Shown here: positions 1-12,400 of the stretch, one piece after another | Position numbering within the stretch: the first letter of the stretch is position 1 | Layout of the letters: each line of letters starts with the position of its first letter | Source: Azolla caroliniana | Lineage: Eukaryota > Plantae > Polypodiophyta | DNA length: 64,000 nt | Reading direction: 5' to 3' | Assembly (NCBI GenBank): GCA_043228905.1 | Contig: JBHGNT010000011.1 | Span: 20,522,001 to 20,586,000, forward strand | Translations under genes and position numbers: made by a program | Notes under the pieces: generated by a model | Database searches by the model: none | What the model saw: only the letters and a program-made list of their open reading frames with translations | What the model was told of the DNA's origin: nothing

Positions 1-286
1 ACATCTTCCCCTTATACGAAAATTTTGGATGTTCTCCTAAAGCTCTTTTCGGTTGTTGCCTATCATTTCTTTTTCTTTTTCCTGTTTGTTGTAAGTGAGG
101 TGGCTAATGATCGATAATACGACACCATCACGTGGCAATAAAACCATTATACGATATATCAATGGTCAACAAACACACATATATATTAGTATCCCTCTTA
201 AAATTTTACACCAATCCAACTATGTAATTATAAAGGGGCTAGTAAATAAGTGTACCAAGAAAAAAAAATTGTCTGCATAAAAACTA

Positions 287-569
287 GGGAAAAGTACCAG
301 GGTACCCCTGGAAGTTCGTCTATTTACTAGAATGCCCCTCGAAGTTCCAAATTTACCAAACTACCCCTATGTCCAAAAAATTACACTTTATAAAGTAATT
401 ATACACTCAAATCTACAAGCCCTATTTAGCAAAGATGGAAGAAATGGATCCGAACTAGCCCTATTTACCAAAGATTTGAGTGTATAATTACTTTATAAAG
501 TGAAATTTTTTGGATATAGGGGTAGTTTGGTAAATTTGGAACTTCCAAGGGTATCCTGGTACTTTTCCC
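287..569. mobile_element. Mutator-like (MULE) MITE, foldback element, copy 1
   Basis: Starts GGGAAAAGTACCAGG and ends CCTGGTACTTTTCCC, with long (>100 bp) imperfect TIRs. Perfect 9-bp TSD TAAAAACTA at 278-286 and 570-578. Same family as 25355-25546. Confidence 0.9.
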
Positions 570-1551
570 TAAAAACTATAAATCCCAATTGAACTACTTG
601 AAAGAACGTAGTGTCATGTAAGCAAGTATATTGAATGTTCATATATATGTGCATGCACAAACATATATACTAACATACTTCACAAATTTTTACATTAAAC
701 ATTTATCTAGTTGTGTAATTAATATAGAAAGAGAGGGGCACACCATTACAACCCTCACAAAGCCATATTCACGTGGTTATTAGGTTAATATAATAGGACA
801 CGTAGATAGGTTGGAAGATGGCTATAATTTGTACCCCTTGATCAACATACAAGTCAACAAAGGCCATAGGTACATTCATTAAACATAGATACAAATTGAA
901 CATGTTGACACACTAGAACAACTTTAACAAGAAAAGAAAATACTCCAGATGGGGCACGTATTTGCATGCACACACATAGACAAACAACACATGCGGACAT
1001 ACATGACATGTTCCTTAAGATATCACTGTACCATACTCTATAGATAGGAATAAAAGAAGCTTAATCTTAGAAAAGCCTTTGCTAAAGTCAAGTTCCTATG
1101 GCTAACAAAAAATATTTATACAATGGTTAAGTAGAGAATGTTGGCTCTACATTCCTTTTCCTTCATCAATATACAAGCAAAAACCATACATTTTGATATG
1201 ATGATGCATATGAGATATGAACAACTTGAAAGAAAATAGTATCATGGATATACAAATACATAACACGCCTTCTTAAGTTTTCTACACTAAGTATACACAA
1301 ACAATGAAATTAGGAAGAAAGGGGTATAACATTAGAAATAGTCATTATTGGAAGGCAAGTTCCTATAGATAGCACATAAAGAAAGATGAGGGTAGACAAA
1401 GAAAGATCTTTCCCTTGATCAACATATCAACCTAAGACCATTAAAAATTGATATAAAAGGTAGATCACAAAGGTATACATATACAAATATGAATACGTTC
1501 AAATACACAACGAGATACTAGAGCATACACAAGACAACCACAATAGCAATC

Positions 1552-1645
<94 letters not shown>
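1552..1645. repeat. (CATATA)n hexanucleotide microsatellite, about 15 copies
   Basis: Read directly. It explains the MYMYMY and VYVYVY ORFs. Confidence 0.97.
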
Positions 1646-2169
1646 GACAACAATATAAAAAAAATACATACAAGGCAACAATAATAATTATTTGTATACA
1701 ATGTTATAATTACATCTACATATACAAGATACAAAAGCATACATAGGAGTCTAGGACATAAATACAATCCATATACATAAGCCAAGATAAAACAAGATAC
1801 ACATGTAGATAGAAGACAACTACAACTATCTATCTATTCGTATATGTATATGGACACATACATAGACATACACAACAAGATAGACAAGTATTTGTCCGAT
1901 GCGTATCCATATAGAACAAGATAGACAAGTATTTCTAGGATGTTAACTATAACTACCCGTACACGAATACGGATACATGATAACAAGATACATAAGTCTA
2001 CACAAGAGTGTTACCAAGACAACAAATAACAACAACAAGAGAAGTAGTAAGGGACTTCTAAATACTATACGACTACAGTATGTGGTGGTGCAATATCTTG
2101 CTACAATTGCTTGTGGTGAAAGAAGCACAAAAAAGAAGAAAAGAATATAATTTAATGTATGTATGTATG

Positions 2170-3405
2170 TTGCATCGGCCATATGTGGAGAAGACCCAAG
2201 TTTTTTTTTGCTTTTGTTTTTGTTGTTGCCCTTCATGACAAATTGCTGAAACAGAGCATCGAAGCAGAGGTAATTCAGAAGACCACTTTTCATTATTCAG
2301 GACAGAGCGTATGTATACATGTATGTATGTATGTATGTATGTGATTTATTTATGAATGGATGTGATTTGATGTTTACACATGATGTTTGCCATACATTTG
2401 GTATCAGGTTTGCTCCATCAATTGTCTCTATATGTGTTTTTTACAGGTATGCATATGATTTAACTTTCAAGTATGTATGTATGCAATTTGATGTTTTTAC
2501 ATGCATCTAGTATTAGGTTTTGCTCTTCCTCACGTGTCTTTATGTATTTTTACATGTACGTATGGAATTTGATATTTTCAGATGATGTTTGACATACATC
2601 TGGTATTAGAGTTCGCTCTCCTACATGTGATTTTATATCTGTATAGGCCATTTCTATGGATAACATTATAGGGATCATGTTCTTCATGTATAATTGTGGT
2701 AACTATGTCCTTTATGCATCTAGCCAAGATCATCTTCAGTTTTTATGATATTAGGGTTTGCTACCCACATGTCTCTATTATGTCTTTTTACATGTATCTG
2801 CATGTCTATAATGGCCTTATTCATTACTAACATCTTAAAGATTGTCTTTCATCTATTAATTGTGGTAACTATTTCTTTAAAGAATTATGTTCAATTTCTA
2901 GGGTATTAGGGTTTGGTCTCCCAAATGTCTGTGTCATGTCTTTTGTACATGTAAATCAATTGTGCTAGTCTGAAGCTGATTGTACGTCTGTATACATCCA
3001 GCCAGTATCATCTTCAAATCTCATGATAATGGGGTTTTCTATCCCACGTCTGCTATTAGGGTTTCGTATTCCACATGTCTTTTTGTGTGATTTTACATGT
3101 ATGCGGATGTCTATCCTTGTACATCTGGCATATGAACTCTTTGTCGTACATGTCTCTTATGTGTGTGTTAATTTTTTACACGGTACATCTAGTATTAGAG
3201 TTTTCTTCTCCACGTACATGCGGTTATACATTTGTTTTGTCTTCGATATGCCTCTGTATTTTATATCTGCATATGTATCGTGACCATTTCTAGGGTTCGC
3301 AGGATAAGGATATGGTTCCCTTTCATGTATCAGTTGTGGCAGCTTAATGATAAATATGTTCTTGATGTGCATCCAGAATCACCGTCAATCTGCATGGTTT
3401 TGCAG
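2170..3405 (+). other. Putative 5'-UTR exon (about 2170-2269) and 5'-UTR intron (2270-3405) of the KDM5 gene
   Basis: Donor GAG|GTAATT at 2270, a T/G-rich intron-like stretch, and acceptor TTTTGCAG|G at 3405 just upstream of ATG 3470. The exon start is approximate. Confidence 0.45.
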
Positions 3406-3469
3406 GAAAAAAGTGGTTTGCGTAGACAAAAAAAGAACACCTTGATCCAGTCTGGATTATAAGCTATTC

Positions 3470-6400
3470 ATGTCCAATTTCTGTATAATGGACACTGGAA
3501 ATGGCATACAAGAACTTGCCCTTCAAAAAGTCGAGAATAAGACATCAGAAATTGGGTTTCTGGGGCTCCCTGAAGCTCCAGTATATTACCCTACCGAAGA
3601 GGAATTCAGAGATCCACTTGCATTCATAGACAAAATAAGGCAAGAAGCAGAGGTATATGGTATCTGTAGGATTGTACCTCCAAAGAAATGGAATCCTCCT
3701 TTTGCAATAGATAAATCATCTTTTGCTTTTCCTACCAAGCTTCAGGCAATTCATCATTTGCAAAAACGCCCAGCTGCTAGGGATGGAGAAACCTTCAGAC
3801 TTGAATATAGCAGGTTTCTTGAGAAAGAAGGTTTTAAGGTAGAGAATTGGCCCACCTTTCAGGGCAAAGAACTAGACCTATGTACTTTATTTGGTGCCGT
3901 AAAACGGCATGGTGGTTGTCAGAAAGTGACTAGGGAGAACAAATGGGGAGAGGTCTTGCAAATTTTGGATCCATTGGCATTGCGATCAGAATCTCTAAGG
4001 TCTTCTTTAAAGAATCTTTATGAGACCCATTTGTATGAATTTGAGAAATATCAGTCCAGATCAGTATCAATACCGATATCAAGGAAAAGGAACAGGACTG
4101 TAAATGAACAAGAAGCAAAGCCTAATTCAAAGGGAAGAAAGCCAAGGAGATGGTGTGTAGAAGAATCCGACCATATAAGCAAGGTTAAAGATGATATTCG
4201 AGAAGAAGGGGACTCAAAGATTGATCAAATTTGCGAGCAATGCCAGAGTGGGGTGCATGAGCAATCGATACTCCTATGTGATAGATGTAACCGTGGTTGG
4301 CATCTGTATTGCTTAACACCCCCACTCTTATCAGTACCTTCTGGGAATTGGTATTGTTTTGATTGCCTTACATGTGAGAAAGAAAGCTTTGGTTTCATCA
4401 CAGGCGAAGTCCACAGTTTCGATTCTTTCCGAAGAGTGGCTGAACGTTTCAGGAAAAGATGGTTTGGGACAAAAGAAGCCACTGTTTCTGAAATCGAAGA
4501 GGAATTTTGGAGTGTAGTAGAGAGGCAGAAGGGTCCTGTGGAGGTATTATATGGAAGTGATCTAGCAAGTGAAGAATATGGTAGTGGTTTCCCAAGGCTT
4601 TCTGATCCAATCCCAGAATGGGCAGATCCAAACTCCTGGAATGAATATGCAAGTAGTCCATGGAATCTCAACAACTTTACAAAGCTTGATGGTTCTGTAT
4701 TGAAGCATGTGCGAGACAACATTCCTGGCGTAACTGTTCCATGGGTGTACATGGGGATGCTTTTTTCATCATTCTGTTGGCATTATGAAGATCAATGCTT
4801 CTACTCTATCAACTACCTTCATTGGTAAGAGCTCAAAATGTATTCTTTTAAACTTATCTACTCAAGATATTCTAGTGGTCTTAGTTTGGAACTTTGGTGT
4901 TTCCTGTGGTATCATGATGGAGTTTAAATGGTATCATGATGGAATTTAAATTTTTTACTCATCACAAGAAGGGGAAATACCTCTTCCCCAGACATTAGCT
5001 TTGAAGTTCGTTCGATAATTATTTATAGGCAGGCTATATGAGCATCAACTCTTAGTTTCCAGTTCTCTTTGTCAACAAATCAGGACCATTAATTTCTTAA
5101 ATCGGTTTGTAAATGTTCAAGCAGTTTTAGGTTGGTCTTATGGCACATCCAATGTGCGATATAATTTTTACAGCTAGCATGAATCACTCTGCAAAATACA
5201 CTGTTAAGTGTCTTGAATATAGTTGGAAATTGGCATTCTGAGTTAGTCAAAATTATTGAAATAATATTTTTGTTGCATTCATTACTTATTACTTTTATAT
5301 TTTTCTTCTGCTAGTGTTGATATAGAGTCTACTGATTGCATCTTGAGATCTGATAAAAACTCAGATCACTAGCTCGTCTTTATAAACCCACGCTGACTTG
5401 CACAACTGATGAATTCAGTAGGTATAATTTTGACCATGCTGTGGTTCATGAAATTGATGGGCTTGCACACTTCTGGGATGGATGCTGTGGGGGGTGAACC
5501 CAAAATTTTGGCTTTGTATGCTTGTTTGATTTTGTATTTTTTTCTCCTTACTTTTTTTCTTTAGATTTTTTCTGTTCTTGCAAAGTTTCAAGCTCTAATT
5601 TGTTCATTAACGTTTTCCAATACCTTGGAATTGATATGTGCAATGAAACTTTGTTATCCTTCAGTGCTAAATTTACATTATTCAGTTATGGACAATTAAA
5701 GAGAGATAATGGACATCAATCGTTGACTTCTTATAGAAATTTTGCTTTTGATTATTTGATATGAATCTATTACTATTTTCCATGTGCAATCTGTAGAAAA
5801 CTTATATTATAATCTGCAGGGGAGAACCTAAATGCTGGTACGGTGTTCCTGGTAGCGCTATTGGTGCTTTTGAACAGGTCTAGCAAAAAACCATTAATAT
5901 ATCTTTCTCTTTACTTATACATAGTGGTGATTCTTGTTGTCTCAGCATTCAATGCTCCTTCATGGAGGATCTAAGTGGTGGTTTGTACCTATCTCCAGGT
6001 CATGCATAAAATGTTTCCCGATCTGTTTGAAGCACAGCCAGATTTGCTGTTTCAGCTGGTAACAATGCTAAATCCAAAGGTGCTGCATGACAATAATGTG
6101 CCTGTCTGTACCACAATTCAGGTTTGCTGTCATTCCAGTTGGTATAAGCATGTTATGATTATGGATTCTTATGAACACTCATAATTCTTTTGAACTATCA
6201 TAATAAAGACTTCATTGAGAATCTATTCATTTCACCATTTTGTTAACTAGCTTAAATTGAGTGTAAAAATGACATATAAATTTTCCTATTCATTTGCCAA
6301 AACGTGCATAGTTTAAATATGTTTCTGTAGGTGTAAAATTGAGTGTAAATATTGATGACAAAATGGGATTTGATTACCAAAGAAAAATGCAGTGTTCCTA

Positions 6401-9400
6401 GTGATAGCACTTCCTGCTGCTGTAGTTCTGATCTCCGTGGTGGTTAAATTTGGGATTCTATTGTAATCAATGACTAAGAGATTCACAGCAAAAGGTCTAG
6501 GAAGCGCACCTGCTGTTATGAGAAATAATCTAACTCAAATCTGACATTAGTTTTGTGTTGTAATACATTACATTGCTTGTAGAAAACCACAATATGAGGT
6601 GAGGATCAACAAAAAACGTTCACAACAAAATAACCAAAAAGTCACTATATGTGACTTCCATTAAGAGCTAGAAATGTCTAACCAGAAGCTTATTTTCAAA
6701 ATGATGATTTATACTCCTTTTTTGGAGAATTGAAGAAAACTGAACTTACTTCTTCTAGGAACATAGGAAATAAGCACCTGTAAGTAACCTTTTTTTAAAT
6801 ATTTGTTGTACAATGTCCCCATTTAATCATGAAACTCATGCAGCTGCATTTTTATTGAATCTAGCATAAATGCATGCTAAAATGCCCTGGAGTGTTGAGT
6901 TTGGACTATAGATCAACCAATGGAGTTCAGCTAGGTTCAAATGATTGTGGTCATGTCTTGATCATTCTTGAAACTCTGTGTAGGCTTACTGTGTATGATT
7001 TCTGCCTAGACATGTGACTTATTGATTTTTTGAGATAAGCATGTAATGTGATAAACCTCATGAATGATTAATTTATATGTATACAGTCAATTGTATTATA
7101 GTGTTTCAAAGAAAAGTGCTCCATACGAAACAAAATGTTAAAAAAATGTCAACCAGGTTTGTAAAAACAATAACATTGAATAACTTCAAAATCTTAGAAA
7201 CAAAATTTCAGATTCTTTTTTCCACTGCCCCTTTTATTCAAGAAAGCGTACAATTCTAGGGATAAATATATTTGATGCCAGTTAATTTGTCACAGTCATG
7301 AAATTTTGCTCTAAACTTGAACTAATTGATGAAGAAATTTATATCTATTATTCTCATTTATAGGAGAAGGGGAATTTTGTCATCACCTTTCCTAGATCTT
7401 ATCATGGTGGCTTCAACCATGGTGAGTAGTAAGAATTCGTCTGGTATGCTGACTATGATTATATGTAGCATTTTCTCTTCTTAAACTACTCAAGCTGTCA
7501 ACTGCAAGCTACTTTTAAGGTTTATTGTTACCGGGAAAATAATTTTGAATGTATTCTGGCACTTGCAGGTTTCAATTGTGCAGAAGCAGTTAACTTTGCC
7601 ACTTTAGACTGGTTGCCTTTTGGTCGTTTTGGAGTGGAAAGAACCAGACTATATCATAAAGCAGCTGTACTCTGTCATGAAGAGCTACTCTGTGTTGTAG
7701 CCAAGGTTTGTTATCTCTTTTGTTAATTTCATATTTTGATATCATCTTGCGTGTGTGTGACTTTTTGCTGATTAAAAATGATCAGAGAACCTTATTCATT
7801 CACTTATGCTCTTTTATATATTTCCAATAGAATGCACAAAACTGTGTGAGGTCCAGCCATTGGCTGAAAGAAGAGTTGAAAGGCATGATCACACTAGAGC
7901 GAAGGCAAAGAATGCAGCTCTGGAAAAACGGCATTGTTCGAAGTTCGAGAATGTTACCCCGAAAGTGTCCGGATGTGATTGGTGCAGAAGAGGTACAAAT
8001 TGAGTTACTGATTTTTTTTGAGGTTATTTACATTATGATATTTTATCAGTCGTATCTCTAAAATCTATAACTTGGTTTTATTTTTTCAGGATCTAGAGTG
8101 CGTGATTTGCCAGTATTATTTGTTTATTTCTGGTTTGACTTGCAGCTGCTGTCCTGGAAGATTTGTTTGTTTACAGGTCTTTGAAGGCTAATTCTTTATG
8201 TAATTATCAGTCTCTGGATTTTCTGCTCATACACATTTCCACTCATGCAGCACTGTGAGCAACTTTGTGAGTGTAATAAGGATCAGCAGCAGCTCCTTTA
8301 CAGATACAGTCTTGCTGAGTTGGATGATCTAGAATTGCAGTTACAGAACCTTGATATGGCTAATGCATATACATGTGGGATAGTGGGAGCAAAAAAGAAA
8401 AGAGGGAGACCGCCAAATCCAGTTACAAAAAAGGTCAATATTTTTAGTTGAGGGAGTATTCTAGATGAGGTAATTGTGTGAGTATTTGTTTTTCTCCTCC
8501 TTCATACATGATGTTGTACTTGTAGATCAATGGCTGCGCAGTGTACCATACAAAATTGGCCGAAGCTTGGTGTGAAAAAGCTGAAAAATTCTTTAAAATG
8601 ACCCCAAAGCTTTCAGAAATTGAAAATTTACTCACAGAAGCAGAACAATTTCTATGGGCTGGCCATGATATGGATTACGTAAGTATTCAAGAAGATAAAT
8701 ATCTTTTGGTTATGTATGTTTGCTTATCTTCATTTGCGGTAATGTTAGGTGAGTGTGCTGGAAAAAAGGCTTCTATCAGCACAAAATTGGGCCCGATCTA
8801 TAGTAGCTTGTGTTGCTCCAGTGGATGTAAAACTTGAAGCCCAGAACAGTTCACAGAAGTGCTATTTAGCTACAGCACAGAAGCTTCTGTCTATGAATCC
8901 ACCCCCCTGTGACATGGAAGGATTGATTTTGAAGCTTCAGGTACAAGCCTCCCATTGACAGCCAATCTGAGTTATAGCTTAGAATACGATGCATTATGAT
9001 TAAATTTATTACATGAAATATTGTAGGAAATAGTAGATACCACACTTTTCCTGCGGAAGCAAGTTCGACTGTTGTTTTCCAAAAGTCCTCCGTGGCAGGT
9101 ATTTTGTTATATATCTATTGGCAGTTATGCTAAAATCATTCTAACACGTTTTCCTTTATATATTGTTCAAATTGCATGGTTCCTGGATTGGGAGTTTAAA
9201 TTATGAGACGGTGTACATCATCAATATTGGATTCTGACAATTCCTTTTCTCTTTTTTCTAGTTGCCAGAGTTAGAGGAAGTACATCTTAAGGCGTCAAAG
9301 TCTCCTTTAAATTTTCCAGAGGCAGAGAAGTTGGAGAGACTTGTTTCGTCTTGTAATGTATGTTTTTCATAGAGTTTTTTCTTCAACAACAGAACAATGT

Positions 9401-12400
9401 AAATAATAAAAGCTTGAACGCTATATATATACCAGGTTTGGAGAGAGAGAGTGCAAAATCTGTTATTGGAGTCACGGAAGTGCTGGATTTCTGGCGAGAA
9501 AAACAATACGGATATGGACAAATTACACATTCTGCAGATGGAGGTAACCCTGAGAACGATTGATAGTGGGGTCAACAGGATTTTTTGTCTTTGCATTTTT
9601 ACAGGCATTGATGTGGTTTTTCAATGGTTGGTACAGGCAGGAAAATTATGTGTGATTCTGCCCGAAATGAAGATACTAGAAGCTTATGTAAGGAAATTGG
9701 AAAGATGGCAAGACCGGGCAAAAATAGTGGTTGAATGTACCATGTCTTTGCAGGTTAGTGAGCTGTAAACATTTTCCCTGTTGCTTTTTTAAAGCAACTA
9801 TCTAGTAAGTATTCCTAATAATGCAATTACACAGGCTGTTGAAGAGTTCCTCTCAGAGATAGAGAATGTGCCAGTGTATTTTCATGAATCAGAAATACTT
9901 GAGAAAAGAGTTTATGAAGCAAAAGAGTGGATTAGAAGTGCACATAAAGTTCTTGCTGATGTTAAACAACAAAAATATTATCAGGCATCCATCGGGATGC
10001 TGTCAGCCCTTTTGAGATCTGGCGAGTCACTGAAAATAGAAGGTTAATACATTTTTTATCTTATGCTTTTCATTATAATTGATTGCGGTTTTGCTTCTGT
10101 ATTGACAAAACATCCATTTTACCAGTGAAGGAATTGGACTACATTAAAGCAGAGGTTAAACGACTTTCCTGGTTGGAAAAAGCTTCCAAGGTTTCAATAG
10201 TCCTATTCATTGAGATGTGATTTTTATGGTGTCATTTTTCCAGCTAATGGTTTTTCTATTCTTTCTCAGGGTCTAAAAAGCCAGTTACCTAGATTGCAGT
10301 TGATGGAACTTATCAAGGAGGCACAACAGTAAGACCTGTTAAAAAACTTTGTTTTGCTGAGGTTCTGCTTACTATAGCCTGATGAAACATACACCTCATC
10401 TGAAGGCACTGCTATATGTAGGATGTAATATGTATCTTCATCTTACTTTGAGCCAATAACATTGTAATTATGTCTGCCTAAGACCCCTTGAGATGTCATA
10501 GAAACTTAGTGGTTCCTTTGTTGGTTGGATGGCTTAACTTTCAGTCTAACTATGCATTTACAGTTGATCAAACAATTCTGAGAAGTAGGGTAAATGAATA
10601 CAGTCATGCTATGTTTGTGAACATGTTTCTTTTGTTTGATTTCATTACTTTCTTTTTATATTTGTCAGTCAAAAATTTTTAATCTCTTCTTATAGTCGCA
10701 AAATGTTGAATCTAGTTATGTTTTACTATGCATTATCCATGACGTTGTCAAAGAAATGTTTATTAGTACCAATCATGAACGTAAAAACTGTAGAGAATCA
10801 ATGTGTACTGCATTTTATTCAATTCATACTGAGGTAGAATTTTACAATTTTATGAGGTTTTATACCTTGCTTATCAAATAATTGAACTCTTATATGTGCA
10901 GTTTATCATTGGACAATGAAGTTGAATATATAGAACTCTTTCATATAGCTCAAGCTGCTAGTATGTGGGAGGCTAAAGCTTCAATATTCTTGCGAGATGG
11001 AGCATCTTTGGAAGATTTTAAAGCTCTTCGAAGGTTTCCTTTTCTATTGAGAAGGCAGCATTACAGTTGACTACTTTTGAATATGCTCTTACTGATAGGA
11101 TTTCTTGAAAATTTTCAGGGATTCTGGAAAGATATATGCATCACTATCTGGCTGGGTTGACATCAATTTAGGAATAATACAAGTGGAGTCATTCTTGCAT
11201 CATGCAGAGGCATTCCTAAACCCGCATAAAAAGGCAGCTCTCAATTTTACATTACTGGAGGTCTTTAAAAGTGTACACTGCAATTTTCTTTTACAGTGGA
11301 GATTTTTTCATCACATTTTAAACTTATAAAAGTATGTGATGACAATGCAGGAGTTAATCAATCAATCATTAAGCTTTAAGATTGATTTCCCTGAGAGAGC
11401 ACTCTTGGATGCAATCTTCAGTGATGTCTCATCTTGGAAGAATAGGGCTATTGTTATAATTAATCAGTCTACGAAAACCCTTCATTCATGTCAACTTATG
11501 GAACATTTTTCTATGGATGAAGCAGCAGGGATGCAATCAAGAATCATTGGGGAAAATGATAATTTGCTACTGGACTTGAAGAAAATAGACAATGAAGGGA
11601 AGCAGCTTGGTTTTGATCTTCCAGAGTTGGAAATGTTAAGTACTTTAGTTGTAGCAACTAAATGGAATCTTAAAATGTTACACATGCTTTTAGAGCGTCC
11701 CAGTATACAGGTAACATTTGCACATTCATATTAAACAAAAGAATTCTGAGATAATATAATGGCAGAAAACTGATGAAAAATATTATTTTGTACAGGAACT
11801 AGAATTTCTTGTTGAAGAAGCAATGGATTTCGCCGATTGTATTGGCCATTTTCCACAACTTCAGTGTTTAATCAATGATGGGAAGAAATGGGTTGATAAG
11901 CTGAACATGATGTTACACCATGACTCACAGGTCAAATGCAGTGTGCATGAGTTGGAAGAACTATTGACTGAAGGCAGGGTATGTGTCCAATATCTTCAGT
12001 GTAGAAATGTTTTCCGAGCAGTGAATTTGCTTCCTTCTGATTGATTGTTTATTGATGAATTCTTCTGTACATGTTCTCATTTTCTATTGCTATTTTATAT
12101 AAACAGGCATTGCACATCAACATCTGCAATGATGTTGACCATCTTGAACAGTTGCTGGACTGTCACAAGTAAATTTCATCTATTTTTTCCTCTGCATTCA
12201 ATTTTACTATTTTAGATACTTAAGAAAGGGTTAACAAATATCTTTTGATATATATGCATATAGAACCTCACAAAATCAGATATTGAAATGCTTGCATTCT
12301 CGAGTTCATTCTATTTCGTGGGAAGATTTGCATCAGCTTCAGGTGTGCGTTTTTTGGTATACTTGTATGATTTGGAACCCTAGATGACCAAATTTACTGA

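Noticed and set aside
1465-1785. ORFs with MYMYMY or VYVYVY runs
   Set aside because: They are translations of the (CATATA)n microsatellite.
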